Assembly: GCA_963774325.1 (NCBI GenBank)
Contig: CAVZEF010000005.1
Span: 680,296-744,295, forward strand
Length of the DNA: 64,000 nucleotides
From: an uncultured Pseudomonadota bacterium
GTDB lineage: Bacteria > Myxococcota_A > Polyangia > Fen-1088
Reading direction: 5' to 3'
In this document: positions 1-12,847 of the stretch, piece after piece
Layout: the number at the start of each line of letters is the position of its first letter
Position numbering within the stretch: position 1 is the first letter of the stretch
Made by a program: the position numbers and the translations under genes
Notes under the pieces: generated by a model
Told to the model about the DNA's origin: nothing
The model's input: the letters and a program-made list of their open reading frames with translations, nothing else
Databases searched by the model: none

Positions 1-590
1 TCGAAGGCGATGAAGCGCTGGTCGGCGAGGCTGGCGGCGGTGAGCCGCGGCGGGCGCCGCGCCAGCGCGTGGTCCGGCGGGCAGACCAGGACCAGCTCGT
101 CGGGGCGCAGCGGCACGATCTCGATCTGCGAGCGGCGCCCGGGGATCGCGACCATGCCCAGATCGACGGCGCCGTCGAGGCACGCCTGGTAGATCTCGTC
201 GGTGCGGCGGTAGACCAGGCGCAGGTTCACCTGCGGGTGAGCGCGCAGAAACGTCTTCATCGGCGCGGGCAGGGTGTGCAGACCCACGCTGTACACCGAC
301 GCGATCGTCACCGAGCCGGCGACGACGCCGGGGCGCTGGCGCAGCCGATCTTCCAGCGCGGCCAGCCGCTCGACGACGGCGCGCGCGTCGCCGAGCAGCA
401 GCTTGCCCGCCTCGGTGAGCTGCAGGGTCCGGCGCGCGCCGCGGTCGACGAGGCGGCGGCCGTAGTGACGTTCGAGCGCGCGCAGCTGCTGGCTGACCGC
501 CGACTGGGTGACGAAGTTGAGACGGGCCGCGCGCGAGAAGCTGCCGGTCTCGACAAGGTCACAGAAGGTCTTGAGCGTTTCGAGCATCAT
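1..590 (-). CDS. LysR-family transcriptional regulator (3' end runs off the window)
   Basis: Manual translation from ATG at 590 gives MMLETLKTFCDLVETGSFSRAARLNFVTQSAVSQQLRALE, a classic LysR HTH. It is divergent from sdhC and missing from the ORF track because it is truncated. Confidence 0.92.
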   Translation of the reverse strand, partial: MMLETLKTFCDLVETGSFSRAARLNFVTQSAVSQQLRALERHYGRRLVDRGARRTLQLTEAGKLLLGDARAVVERLAALEDRLRQRPGVVAGSVTIASVYSVGLHTLPAPMKTFLRAHPQVNLRLVYRRTDEIYQACLDGAVDLGMVAIPGRRSQIEIVPLRPDELVLVCPPDHALARRPPRLTAASLADQRFIAF

Positions 591-675
591 TAGAAAACTT
601 CATCCAAACAATCATTTTATTAGAGTTGTCGCGGAATGCACGATCCCGTAGTTCAGATCCCAGGAGGTTCGTCGC

Positions 676-1328
676 ATGTCGAGGCTGCGCACGCTGGGTC
701 GAACGAGCGTCGGGAAGAAGGCCATCAGCGCCGCCAGCGGCCTGGTGCTGTGCGGGTTCGTGCTGGCGCACATGCTGGCGAACCTCCAGATCTTCGCCGG
801 GCGCGCGCGCATCGACGCCTACGCGCGCGGGCTGCGCGCGTCGCCGGTCGTGCTCTGGTCGGCGCGCGCGCTGCTGGTGGCGGCGTTCGGTGCGCACGTG
901 GTGGTGGCGCTTCAGCTCGCGGCGCGCCGGCGGGCCGCGCGGCCCGTCCCGTATCAGGGCCGCGCGCTCGCCGGTCCGGGCTGGGCCGCGCGCGCCATGC
1001 TCGCGTCGGGGGTGCTGCTCGCGCTCTTCGTGGTCGTGCATCTCGCGAACCTGACCTGGGGCGTCTGGCATCCCGGCTTCGTGCCGCTGGCGGTCCACGA
1101 CAACGTCGTGGCGCTGTTTCGCGTCCGGATGTGGAGCGTCTTCTACGGGCTCGCCGTTGCTGCGCTCGCGCTTCACGTTGCGCACGGCGCCTGGAGCGCG
1201 CCGCAATCGCTCGGCCTGACGCCGGAGCGGGGCGCGCCGGGCTTGCGGCGCGTCGCGGGTGTCGCGGCGTTCGCCGTCGCGGCCGGGATGCTCGCGGTCG
1301 TGGTCGCCGTGCTCGCGGGAGCGGTGCG

Positions 1329-1332
<4 letters not shown>
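676..1332 (+). CDS. sdhC: Succinate dehydrogenase/fumarate reductase cytochrome b subunit
   Basis: [12 protein letters not shown]...HMLANL, several TM helices with His ligands, SD CAGGAGG, first gene of sdhCAB. Confidence 0.9.
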
Positions 1333-3250
<1,918 letters not shown>

Positions 3251-3255
<5 letters not shown>

Positions 3256-3416
3256 GGATGGGAACCCTGAGAGGGTTCCCAAACCCTCCCGCGACGGGCT
3301 CAGCCTGGCGGAGCCAGGCTTCGCCCACGCGAATGAAGCTGGGAACCCTGAGAGGGTTCCCAAACCCTCCGCGACGGGCTCAGCCTGGCGGAGCCAGGCT
3401 TCGCCCACGCGAATGA
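3251..3416. repeat. Two tandem ~80-bp palindromic (REP/MITE-like) units between sdhA and sdhB
   Basis: Units of 81 and 80 bp delimited by AATGA at 3251, 3332 and 3412. Each has the hairpins GGGAACCCT-GAG-AGGGTTCCC and AGCCTGGC-GGA-GCCAGGCT. Confidence 0.92.
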
Positions 3417-4177
3417 AAATGACTTTGCACGTATGGCGGCAGCGCTCCGCGAGCGAGCCGGGCGCGTTCGTGCGTTACGACGTCGAAGGCGTAACCCCGG
3501 ACATGGCGTTCCTGGAGATGCTCGACGTGCTCAACGAGCGGATCGCGCGCGCGGGGGGCGAGCCGATCGCGTTCGAGAGCGACTGTCGCGAGGGCATCTG
3601 CGGCGCGTGCGGCTTCATGATCAACGGCGTCGCGCACGGCCCGCGCGCGCGCACGACCGTCTGCCAGCTTCACCTGCGCAGCTTCCGCGACGGCGAGGAG
3701 CTGTGGCTCGAGCCCTGGCGCGCGCAGGCATTCCCGGTCGTGCGCGATCTGGTCGTCGACCGCGGCGCGCTCGATCGCATCATCGCGGCGGGTGGCTACA
3801 TCACCGCGCCCACGGGCAGCGCGCCCGAGGCCAACGCCACCCGGATCGCCAAGCCCGACGCCGACGCTGCGATGGACGCCGCCGCCTGCATCGGCTGCGG
3901 CGCTTGCGTCGCGGCGTGTCCCAACGCCTCGGCGTCGTTGTTCACCGCCGCGAAGATCGCGCACCTCGGACACCTACCCCAGGGCCAGCCCGAACGCGCC
4001 TCTCGTGCGCTGCGCATGGTTGGCGAAGCGGAGAACGAGGGATTCGGCGGGTGCAGCAACGCCGGCGCTTGTGAGGCGGTCTGCCCCAAGGGGATCCGGG
4101 CGTCGTCGATTGCGCGCCTGAATCGCGACTACCTCGGCGCGGTGCTCGCGGCGCGGGGCGGGGCGGATGGTTCATGA
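3413..4177 (+). CDS. sdhB: Succinate dehydrogenase/fumarate reductase iron-sulfur subunit
   Basis: DCREGICGAC, CIGCGACVAACP, CSNAGACEAVCPKGI. Confidence 0.95.
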   Translation: MKMTLHVWRQRSASEPGAFVRYDVEGVTPDMAFLEMLDVLNERIARAGGEPIAFESDCREGICGACGFMINGVAHGPRARTTVCQLHLRSFRDGEELWLEPWRAQAFPVVRDLVVDRGALDRIIAAGGYITAPTGSAPEANATRIAKPDADAAMDAAACIGCGACVAACPNASASLFTAAKIAHLGHLPQGQPERASRALRMVGEAENEGFGGCSNAGACEAVCPKGIRASSIARLNRDYLGAVLAARGGADGS

Positions 4178-4197
4178 CGCGACTTTGCGTCGTGACT

Positions 4198-4568
4198 TCA
4201 TGAGGCGACCTCGAGCACGCCGTGAATCCGCGCCTCGCGCACGGTCGTGAGCGGGCCGTCTCGCGTGCCGGCGGCGAGCCCGCCGGCGGCGGCGAGCGCG
4301 CTCAACGCCGCGCCCAGCGACGGCGCGTCCTCGACGGCCTGGAGCACCGCCAGGTGGCTCGCGCCCGCGTGCCAGTCGGCGCCGATCCCGGGGCTGCCGA
4401 CGCGAATCAGCCGCGCTCCGCCGGTGCCCGTCGCGGCCGGGGGCTCGTCGGACACCGAGGCGCAGGGCGACACGCGCAGGCACGCGCGCTCGAGCTCCTC
4501 GGGCGCCAGCGCCAGGAGATCCGGCCCGCGCTGCGCGCGCGTTTCCGCGCATGCGTGGCGGACGTCAT
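4198..4568 (-). CDS. Hypothetical protein (probable frameshift near the N-terminus)
   Basis: Protein-like frame ...PDLLALAPEELERACLRVSP...VREARIHGVLEVAS. The nearest ATG (4568) is in another frame, just downstream of the FAD oxidoreductase stop. Confidence 0.45.
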
Positions 4569-4582
4569 GCTCGGCGCGGCGA

Positions 4583-6035
4583 TCACAAAACTTTGCCCGG
4601 GTTCATCAGGCCGCGCGGATCGATCGCGTCCTTGATCGCGCGCATCAGGCGGCGGTCGAGCGCGGGGCGGTAGTGCCAGAGCTCGTCGCGTTTCAGCTGG
4701 CCGATGCCGTGCTCGGCGCTGATGCTGCCTTCGTGCGCGGTGACCACGTCGTGCACGGCGCGCCACACGCGCGCGTGCACGTCGGGCGGGATGCGGTCCT
4801 TGCCCAGGCCGGGCGGCACCACGTTCAGGTGCAGGCTGCCGTCGCCGAGGTGGCCGAACAGGATGATGCCGGCGCCGGGCAGCACCGCCTCGACCGCGGC
4901 GCGCGTGGCGTCGACGAACGCCGGGATCAGCCCGGGGCGGACGCTGACATCGTGCTTGATCGCGCTTGCCGCGCGCCGCTCGGCCTCGGGGACGTCCTCG
5001 CGGATGCGCCACAGCGCGGCCGCCTGCCCGTCGTCGCGCGCGACGATCGCGTCGTCGCACAGGCCGGCCTCGCTGGCGCGCGCCAGGCTGTCTTCGACGG
5101 CGTCGGCGGCCGAGAAGCCGCGCCAGAAGCTCGCCACCTCCAGCAGCACCGAGAACGGCGGCGTGTGCGCGAACGGCGGCGCGTGCCCGGGCACGAGCTT
5201 CAGCACCAGATTCGAGCGCGACGTCGGCGATGAGCTCGAAGGTGATCACGTTGTCGCCCGCGTCGGCCTGCAGGTGACGCAAGAGCTGCACCGCTGCCGA
5301 CAGGTTGGGCACGGCCACCATCGCCGTGATCACCTCGCGCGGCTGCGGGAACAGCTTCAGCGTCGCCGCCGTGACCACGCCCAGCGTCCCCTCGCCGCCG
5401 ATGAAGAGCTGCTTGAGATCGTAGCCGGTGTTGTCCTTGCGCAGCCCGCGCAGCAGCGACAGCACCTCGCCGGTCGGCAGCACGACCTCGAGGCCCAGCA
5501 CCAGGTCGCGCGTCATCCCGTAGCGCAGCACCGCGGTGCCGCCGGCGTTGGTGGAGATGTTGCCGCCGATCTGGCAAGTCCCCTCGGCGGCCAGCGACAG
5601 CGGGAACAGCCGCCCCGCGGCGCGCGCGGCCTCTTGCACCGCTTGCAGGATACAGCCCGACTCGACGGTGATGAGGTTGTCGAACGCGTCGACCGACCGC
5701 ACGCGATTCATGCGCGACAGCGACAGGAGCACCGCGCGTCCCGATTCGTCGGGCGTCGCGCCGCCGCACAGGCTGGTGTTGCCGCCCTGCGGGACGACCG
5801 CGATCCCGCGCGCCCAGAGCAGGGCCAGCACGCGCGAGACCTCGTCGGTGCTCGTAGGGCGCACCATGCACACGGCGCGGCCCTTGAATCGGCCGCGCCA
5901 GTCTTGCAGCTGCGGATCGAGATCGTCGGGTGCGGTCACGACGGCTGGCGCTCCGACGATCGCCGCCAGGGCCGCCAGCAGCTCGGCGGCGTCGAAGGTC
6001 GATGCCGGGCCGGGCGAGGTCTCGGTGCTTGCCAT
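4583..6035 (-). CDS. FAD-binding oxidoreductase, D-2-hydroxyacid dehydrogenase/GlcD-like (frameshift near 5210)
   Basis: PQGGNTSLCGGA, GGNISTNAGG, LRKDNTGYDL, GGEGTLGVVT, FGHLGDGSLHLN, SISAEHGIG, MNPGK. Confidence 0.9.
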
Positions 6036-6101
6036 GCCGGCATCTTGTCAGATGCGCCGAGGTTGCCAAGCGGGGCAGACCCGGAAAAACCTCTCACGCG
6101 C

Positions 6102-6128
6102 TGTCACAGCCGCGGGAGCTATCTCGTC
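6102..6128 (+). promoter_or_regulatory. ECF41-type promoter TGTCACA-N16-CGTC
   Basis: TGTCACA at 6102-6108, exactly 16 nt, then CGTC at 6125-6128, upstream of an oxidoreductase-ECF41 sigma pair. Confidence 0.85.
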
Positions 6129-6149
6129 TCCCTGGCAGGGAGGCAAGAC

Positions 6150-7304
6150 ATGAAGATCCTCATCCTCGGCGGCGGCTACGCGGGCATGATGACGGCGCTC
6201 CGGCTCGGCAATCGCGGGCTCGGCAGCCACGTGACGCTGGTCAACGCGCTGCCGGACTTCATCGAGCGCGTGCGCCAGCACCAGCTCGGCGCCGGCCGGG
6301 TGCCGCCGCGGCGCGCGATCACGCGGATGCTCCGCGGCACCGGCGTCCGCTTCGTCATGGGTCGGGTCACCTCGCTCGACCTCGACCGGCGCGTGGCCCG
6401 GCTCGTCGGTGGCAACGAGCTCGGGTTCGATCGGCTGGTCTTCGCGCTGGGCAGCGTGGGCGACACCGGGACCGTCCCCGGCGTTCGAGAGCACGCGGCG
6501 GTGGTCGGCGACGAGGCGGGTGCGCACCGGCTGCGCGCGCAACTGGCGCAGGGGGCGCGCGAGGTGGTGGTCGTCGGCGGCGGGCCGACCGGGATCGAGA
6601 CCGCGGCCGAGCTCGCCGAACAGGGCGCGCGGGTCACGCTGGTGGCCTCGCCGGGCGTCGGCGGCTTCCTCTCGCCGGCGGGTCAATGGTACCTCGTGCG
6701 CGCGCTCGCGCGGCTCGGTGTGCGGATCGTCGAGGCGCGCGTGCGCGAGGTCCGGGCGGGCGCGGTCGTGGTCGACGGCGGCGAGCTGCCCTGCGATGCG
6801 TGCGTGTGGGCCGGCGGCTTCCGCGCGTCACGGCTGGCTCGCGAATCAGGCCTGGAGGTCAGCGTCGAAGGGCGCATCATCGTCGACGCGCAGCTGCGCT
6901 CGGTGTCGCACCCGGTGGTGTACGCCGTCGGTGACGCCGCCGAGGCCCGTTCCGAGGCGGGTGCTCCGCTCGCCGCCGGGTGCAAGCACGCGATGCCGAT
7001 GGGCGCGCACGCGGCCCTGAACCTGGCGCGCTCGCTCGCGGGTGAAGCCGAGCGTCCGTTCCGCATCGGCGAGATTCCGCTGTGCCTCAGCCTGGGGCGC
7101 CGCGATGGGCTGTTCCAGATGGTGGGCCACGGCGGGAAGCCCGGTCGCATCATCACCGGGCGCTCCGCGGCCTGGCTCAAGGAAGGGATCCTTCGTTTCA
7201 CTGTCTGGGCATTGGGGCTGGAGCGGCACTTCGCCTTTGCCTTCTGGCCGAAACCGAAGCGCCTGCCGCCGCAGCAGCCCCAGGCCAAGCAACTCGCGGC
7301 CTGA
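6150..7304 (+). CDS. FAD/NAD(P)-dependent pyridine nucleotide-disulfide oxidoreductase (NDH-2-like)
   Basis: MKILILGGGYAG, VVVGGGPTGIETAAE, VYAVGD, SD GGGAGG. Confidence 0.9.
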   Translation: MKILILGGGYAGMMTALRLGNRGLGSHVTLVNALPDFIERVRQHQLGAGRVPPRRAITRMLRGTGVRFVMGRVTSLDLDRRVARLVGGNELGFDRLVFALGSVGDTGTVPGVREHAAVVGDEAGAHRLRAQLAQGAREVVVVGGGPTGIETAAELAEQGARVTLVASPGVGGFLSPAGQWYLVRALARLGVRIVEARVREVRAGAVVVDGGELPCDACVWAGGFRASRLARESGLEVSVEGRIIVDAQLRSVSHPVVYAVGDAAEARSEAGAPLAAGCKHAMPMGAHAALNLARSLAGEAERPFRIGEIPLCLSLGRRDGLFQMVGHGGKPGRIITGRSAAWLKEGILRFTVWALGLERHFAFAFWPKPKRLPPQQPQAKQLAA

Positions 7305-7333
7305 CCGGGCTGCATGACAATATCGGAGGCGTC

Positions 7334-8170
7334 ATGATCGATCTCGAGGAGCACCGGCGGGTCCTGTTCGGCATCGCGTACCGGATGCTCGGCGACCGCG
7401 CCCAGGCGGAAGACGTCGTGCAGGAGACGTTCTTCAAGGCGCGCGCCGCCGACCCCGACGTCGTGGAGTCGCCGCGCGCCTGGCTCTCGACGGTGGTGAC
7501 GCGGCTGTGCCTGGACCATCTGAAGAGCGCGCGCGTGCGCCGCGAGGAGTACATCGGGCCGTGGCTGCCCGAGCCGGTGCCCACCGACGGCGCCGTCGAG
7601 CGGGAGACGATCTCGATGGCGTTCATGGTGCTGCTGGAGACGCTGTCGCCGATCGAACGTGCCGTGTTCCTGCTGCACGACGTGTTCGACTACACGCACG
7701 CTGAAGTGGCGGCGATCGTGCAAGAACAAGAGGCCACCGTCCGCCAGATCCTGCATCGCGCGAAGGCGCACGTCGTGGCGCGGCGCCCGCGCTTCTCGGG
7801 CACGCGCGAGCAGCACGCGCTGCTGATGGACGGGTTCATCCAGGCTTGCGTCGCCGGGGACATCGAGGGCCTGGGCCGGCTGCTCGCCGCCGACGTGGTC
7901 TGCTACACCGACGGTGGCGGAAAGGCGGTGGCCGCGACCAAGCCGGTGCAGGGCGCGGTCAACACGGCGCGCTTCCTGGCCGGGCTCGCCCGCAAGGGGA
8001 CCGCCGGCGCGACGTTCGAGCGGATCACGCTCAACGGCGAGGCGGCGCTGGTGGCGCGCGTCGGGGGGCGCGTCGACACGGTGATCTCGATCGCGACGGA
8101 CGGCGAGCGCATCACCGAGATCGACATCCTCCGCAACCCCGACAAGCTCGCGCGCCTCGCGCCGAGCTGA
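7334..8170 (+). CDS. ECF41 (SigJ-like) RNA polymerase sigma factor with SnoaL-like C-terminal domain
   Basis: AYRMLG..AEDVVQE, YIGPWLPEP, DGGGK and RNPDKL, the ECF41 signatures. Confidence 0.92.
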   Translation: MIDLEEHRRVLFGIAYRMLGDRAQAEDVVQETFFKARAADPDVVESPRAWLSTVVTRLCLDHLKSARVRREEYIGPWLPEPVPTDGAVERETISMAFMVLLETLSPIERAVFLLHDVFDYTHAEVAAIVQEQEATVRQILHRAKAHVVARRPRFSGTREQHALLMDGFIQACVAGDIEGLGRLLAADVVCYTDGGGKAVAATKPVQGAVNTARFLAGLARKGTAGATFERITLNGEAALVARVGGRVDTVISIATDGERITEIDILRNPDKLARLAPS

Positions 8171-8207
8171 GCGGCGCGCCGCGGGAGGCCGTCGCCGCCG
8201 ATCGCTG

Positions 8208-8903
8208 CTACGACACGTCGCCGCGCCGCACGCGCGGCAGATGCCGGAGCTCCTCGCCCGTCAGGATGAAGATCACCCGCTCGGCGACGTTGGTGGCGTG
8301 GTCGCCGATGCGTTCGATGTACTTGGAGATGGCCTGGATCCGCGTGGCGCGGAAGATGTTGTCGGGGCTCTCGCGCATCCGGCTGAGCACATCGTTGAAG
8401 ATCTGCGTGTAGTACCCGTCGACGACGTCGTCCTTGGCGATGGCGCGCGTCGCGCGCTCGACGTTCTCGGTCTCGAGCGCGCCCATCGCCTCGGCCAGCA
8501 TCTCGCGCGCGATGGTCAGCATCCGGATCAGATCCTCGCTTCCGGTCAGCGCCGGTTCCGCCGTGAGCTCGACGACGCGCGCGGCGACGCTCACGCCGAG
8601 ATCGGCGATGCGCTCGAGCTCGATCACCAGCTTCATCGCCGACGTCAGCAGGCGCAGGTCGCCCGCGACCGGCTGGCGGCGCGCCAGCGTCTCCAGGCAC
8701 AGGTGATCGATCTCCAGCTCCATCGAGTCGGTCTCCCGGTCGCCGAGGATGACCCGGTTGGCCAGCTCGGCGTTGCGTGTGCTGAGCGCGCGGTCCACGG
8801 AGCTCAGCACGTCGTCGACGTGGCGACCCATGGCCAGCAGCTGCCGGCGCACTGACTCGAGCTCGGCTTCGTACTCCTGGCTGGTGTGCTGTTGAACGCT
8901 CAC
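8208..8903 (-). CDS. phoU: Phosphate signalling protein PhoU
   Basis: [39 protein letters not shown]; GTGA overlap with the pstB stop. Confidence 0.93.
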   Translation of the reverse strand: MSVQQHTSQEYEAELESVRRQLLAMGRHVDDVLSSVDRALSTRNAELANRVILGDRETDSMELEIDHLCLETLARRQPVAGDLRLLTSAMKLVIELERIADLGVSVAARVVELTAEPALTGSEDLIRMLTIAREMLAEAMGALETENVERATRAIAKDDVVDGYYTQIFNDVLSRMRESPDNIFRATRIQAISKYIERIGDHATNVAERVIFILTGEELRHLPRVRRGDVS

Positions 8904-9778
8904 CCGAACCTGCCGGTGATGTACTCTTCCGTCTGCTGGTTCGTCGGTTTGGTGAACATGGTCTTGGTGTCCCCGAACTCGATGACCCGTCCCAGGTACA
9001 TGAACGCAGTGTAGTCCGAGACACGCGCCGCCTGTTGCATGTTGTGAGTCACGATGGCGATTGTGTACTCCTTGCGCAGCTCGGACAGCAGCTGCTCGAT
9101 CTTCTGCGTCGAGATCGGATCCAGCGCCGAGGCCGGCTCGTCGAGCAAGAGCACTTCGGGCTTCACGGCGACCGCGCGCGCGATGCACAGGCGTTGCTGT
9201 TGCCCGCCCGACAGCGCGGTGCCGTCCTGGCGCAGCTTGTCCTTGACCTCGGACCAGAGCGCGGCTTTCTCCAGCGCCCACTGCACGCGCTCCTCCATCT
9301 CGCCGCGCGACAGCTTCTCGTAGAGCGCGACGCCGAAGCGGATGTTGTCCTGCACCGACATCGGAAACGGCGTCGGCTTCTGGAACACCATGCCGATCCG
9401 GGCGCGCAGCAGGTTGACGTCGTCGGCGTGATCGAGCAGGTTGCGCCCGCCGAGCATGACCTCCCCGGTCGCGCGCTGGCCGGGATAGAGCTCGTAGATT
9501 CGGTTCAGCGTGCGCAGCAGCGTGGATTTGCCGCAACCCGACGGGCCGATGAACGCGGTGATCTGGCGATCGTGGATGTCGAGGTCGATGTCGTGCAGCG
9601 CCTGGAACTTGCCGTAAAAGAAGCTCAGGCGGCGGATCTCGACCTTGGCCTGCCGCCCGGGCGCCGGACCCGTCGCGGGGATGCTGGCCGCCGGGTGAAG
9701 GGAGATCTCTCGCGCCGCGCCTGACGGTGACGCCGGCGGTGGGGGCTGGCTCGCGGTCCATTGATCGGGGCTGCTCAT
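8900..9778 (-). CDS. pstB: Phosphate ABC transporter ATP-binding protein
   Basis: [42 protein letters not shown]. Confidence 0.95.
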   Translation of the reverse strand: MSSPDQWTASQPPPPASPSGAAREISLHPAASIPATGPAPGRQAKVEIRRLSFFYGKFQALHDIDLDIHDRQITAFIGPSGCGKSTLLRTLNRIYELYPGQRATGEVMLGGRNLLDHADDVNLLRARIGMVFQKPTPFPMSVQDNIRFGVALYEKLSRGEMEERVQWALEKAALWSEVKDKLRQDGTALSGGQQQRLCIARAVAVKPEVLLLDEPASALDPISTQKIEQLLSELRKEYTIAIVTHNMQQAARVSDYTAFMYLGRVIEFGDTKTMFTKPTNQQTEEYITGRFG

Positions 9779-9786
9779 GAGATCCT

Positions 9787-10623
9787 TCAGCGGCGCGCCC
9801 GTCTCAGCAGGAGTCGCGCCACGACGTTGATGACCAGGATCGAAGCGGTGATCAGCAGGGCGCCCGCCCACGCCAGGTGCTGCCAGTCCTCGTAAGGGCT
9901 CATGGCGAACTGGAAGATCACCGTCGGCAAGTTGGGGAACGGCCGGCTCATGTCGGTGGTCCAGAACTGGTTGTTGAGCGCGGTGAACAGCAGCGGCGCG
10001 GTCTCGCCGCTGATGCGCGCCACGCCGAGCAGCACGCCGGTCAGGATGCCGGGCAGGGCGCTGCGATAGACCACGCGCACGGTGATCTTCCACATGGGCG
10101 CGCCCAGCGCGGCCGCCGCTTCCCGCAGGCTGTCGGGCACGAGCCGCATCATGTTCTCGGTGGTGCGCACCACGACCGGCAGCACGATCAACGCCAGCGC
10201 GACCGCGCCCGCCCAACCCGAGAAGTGCCCGCTCGGCAGCACGATGAGCGCGTAGACGAAGACGCCGATGATGATCGACGGCGCGCTCAGCAGGATGTCG
10301 TTCACGAAGCGCACCGCCGACGCCAGGCGCGACCGTCGGCCGAACTCGGCGAGGTAGGTCCCGGCGAGGACGCCGGCCGGCGCGCCGAGCGCGATCCCGG
10401 CGAGCGTGAGGATCGCGCTGCCGGCGATCGCGTTGGCCAGGCCCCCCGGCGAGCCTGGCGGCGGCGTCGACTCGATGAACAGGCGCGGGTGGATCCAGCG
10501 CAGTCCGTTGCCGACCAACGTCGACAGCAGCCAGCCGAGCCAGAACAATCCAAAGACGGTGGCCAGGACCGAGAGCGAGAGCCCGACCCGGTTGACCAGC
10601 CGCCGGCGCGCGTAGAGGGTCAC
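9787..10623 (-). CDS. pstA: Phosphate ABC transporter permease
   Basis: [28 protein letters not shown]. Confidence 0.95.
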   Translation of the reverse strand: MTLYARRRLVNRVGLSLSVLATVFGLFWLGWLLSTLVGNGLRWIHPRLFIESTPPPGSPGGLANAIAGSAILTLAGIALGAPAGVLAGTYLAEFGRRSRLASAVRFVNDILLSAPSIIIGVFVYALIVLPSGHFSGWAGAVALALIVLPVVVRTTENMMRLVPDSLREAAAALGAPMWKITVRVVYRSALPGILTGVLLGVARISGETAPLLFTALNNQFWTTDMSRPFPNLPTVIFQFAMSPYEDWQHLAWAGALLITASILVINVVARLLLRRARR

Positions 10624-11630
10624 GTTCGCTCCCCGTCGCGCGCGCGAAGCTTCGACAGCATCAGCCGCGCCGCGACCAGGACCACGAACGTGAGGATGAA
10701 CAGGATCAACCCGAGCGCCAGCAGCGACGAGGTGTAGATCGGTGTCACCGCCTCGGTGAACTCGTTGGCCAGCGTCGACGAGATCGTGTTGCCGGGCATG
10801 AACAGCGACGCGTTGATCTCGTGGGCGTTGCCGATCACGAAGGTCACCGCCATCGTCTCACCCAGCGCGCGGCCGAGCCCGAGGATGACGCCGCCGATCA
10901 CGCCGGCGCGCGTGTAGGGCAGGACCACGCGCCACACCACTTCCCAGGTCGTGCAGCCGAGCGCGTAGGCCGACTCGCGCAGCGACGCGGGGACGGTCTC
11001 GAACACGTCGCGCATCACCGCCGCCATGAACGGAATGATCATGATCGCCAGGATCAGCCCGGCGGTCAGCATCCCGAGCCCCATGGGCGGACCCTGGAAG
11101 AGCGGTCCGATCAGCGGCCACGCGCCCAGGTGGTCGGTGAGCCAGGGCTGCACGTGCGCCGCGAACACCGGCGCGAAGACGAACAGGCCCCACATGCCGT
11201 AGATGATGCTGGGGATCGCGGCCAGGAGCTCGATCGCCGTGCCGATCGGCCGCTTGAGCCAGGACGGCGCGAGCTCGGTGATCACCAGCGCGACGCCGAA
11301 GCTGACCGGCACGCCGACCAGCAACGCGATCACCGCCGTGACCACCGTGCCGTAGAGCGGGGCCAGCGCCGCGAACTGGCCGGTGACGGGGTTCCACTCC
11401 TTGCCGGCCAGGAATCCCAGCCGGAAGGTCTTCAGCGCCGGCAGCGACCCGTGCAGCAGCACGATCAGCACGCCGCAGACCGCGAGCAGGACCAGCGCCG
11501 CGAACGCGCCCACGAGCGCGCGAAACAACCGATCGGCCAGCGAGCCGGCGCGCGCGCGCGATCGCGGGCGGATCGGACGGCGGGACGAGAGGGTGCGAAG
11601 GTCTTCGCTGGCCGCGGTGGCGGATGTCAC
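10620..11630 (-). CDS. pstC: Phosphate ABC transporter permease
   Basis: [36 protein letters not shown]; GTG start with SD GAGGG. Confidence 0.93.
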   Translation of the reverse strand: MTSATAASEDLRTLSSRRPIRPRSRARAGSLADRLFRALVGAFAALVLLAVCGVLIVLLHGSLPALKTFRLGFLAGKEWNPVTGQFAALAPLYGTVVTAVIALLVGVPVSFGVALVITELAPSWLKRPIGTAIELLAAIPSIIYGMWGLFVFAPVFAAHVQPWLTDHLGAWPLIGPLFQGPPMGLGMLTAGLILAIMIIPFMAAVMRDVFETVPASLRESAYALGCTTWEVVWRVVLPYTRAGVIGGVILGLGRALGETMAVTFVIGNAHEINASLFMPGNTISSTLANEFTEAVTPIYTSSLLALGLILFILTFVVLVAARLMLSKLRARDGERT

Positions 11631-11647
11631 GTTCCCTCGCCGATGCT

Positions 11648-12724
11648 CTAGTTCTCGGCACGCTTGTCGGCGGGCCACAGCTTGCGGCCCGATTCATCGG
11701 TCAGCTCGCGCGACCAGGTCTTCTCGACCATCTCGATGACGTTGGCGGGCATCGGAACGTAGCCGAGCGCTTCCGCGGCCACCGTCCCCTTGCGATAGCC
11801 CCAATCGAAGAAGCGCAGCACGGCGCGCCCGGTATCGCCGCTCTTCTGTTGCTTGTGCATGAGGACGAACGACGCGCCGGCGATTGGCCACGCGCTCGGA
11901 CCGGGCTGATCGGTCAGCACCACGTAGTATCCGCGCGCGTTTGCCCAGTCGCCCCCCTTGGCCGCGGCCTGCACGTTCTCATCCGAGGGCTCGACGAAGG
12001 CCCCGTCGCGATTCTTGAGCTTGGCGTGCGCGATGTGGTTCTGGCGGGCGTACGCCGACTCGACGTAACCGATCGCGCCCTTGATCCGCTGCACGTACGA
12101 CGCGACACCCTGGTTACCCTTGCCGCCGACGCCGGTGGGCCACGAGACCGACTTGTCGTTGCCGACCGCCTTCGCCCAGTCGGGGCTGACCTTGCTCAGG
12201 TAGTTGGTGAAGATCCAGGTCGTGCCCGAGCCGTCGGAGCGGTGGACCACCGTGATCGCGGTGTCGGGGAGCTTGACGCCAGGGTTGCTGGCGGTGAAGC
12301 GCGGATCGCTCCACTTCTTGATCTTGCCGAGGAAGATGTCGGCCAGTAATTCAGGCGTGAGCTTGACCTCGCCGGCGTTCACGCCCGGGATGTTGACCAC
12401 CGGCACGACGCCGCCCATCACCACGGGAAACTGAACCAGGCCGGCCTTGTCCAGCTCTTCCGGCTTGAGCGGCGCGTCCGACGCGCCGAAGTCGACGGTT
12501 CCTTCGGTGATCTGCTTGATGCCGCCGCCCGAGCCGATCGCCTGGTAGTTGAGGTGTACGGTCGTCTCGCGCGAGTACATATCCGCCCACTTCGAATAAA
12601 CCGGATAGGGGAAGGTCGCCCCCGCGCCGGAGATCGTCGTGCTGTCCGCGGCCAGCGTCGCGACGGCCGTCGACAGCGTTGCCGCTCCCACTACCAACAG
12701 CGTTGCGTGCCTGAGCTTGAACAT
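11648..12724 (-). CDS. pstS: Phosphate ABC transporter substrate-binding protein
   Basis: Signal peptide, GAGATFPYP, NYQAIGSGGG, DFGASD, HRSDGSGTT, GGKGNQGV. Confidence 0.95.
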   Translation of the reverse strand: MFKLRHATLLVVGAATLSTAVATLAADSTTISGAGATFPYPVYSKWADMYSRETTVHLNYQAIGSGGGIKQITEGTVDFGASDAPLKPEELDKAGLVQFPVVMGGVVPVVNIPGVNAGEVKLTPELLADIFLGKIKKWSDPRFTASNPGVKLPDTAITVVHRSDGSGTTWIFTNYLSKVSPDWAKAVGNDKSVSWPTGVGGKGNQGVASYVQRIKGAIGYVESAYARQNHIAHAKLKNRDGAFVEPSDENVQAAAKGGDWANARGYYVVLTDQPGPSAWPIAGASFVLMHKQQKSGDTGRAVLRFFDWGYRKGTVAAEALGYVPMPANVIEMVEKTWSRELTDESGRKLWPADKRAEN

Positions 12725-12847
12725 CACAACCCCCTTCGTTTGCAATGCGCGGGTTCGCATTCGAACCGCGCTTGAAATGTGGGGTTCGCCGTCGCGCGCC
12801 ACGCATCAATCGCGTGACAATTGAAGCGTTGGCTGTACGCGCGTGAT

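Noticed and set aside
12800-12835. Pho box upstream of pstS
   Set aside because: Only one half-site (TTGTCAC, minus strand 12814-12820) is visible, with no convincing second repeat at 11-bp spacing.
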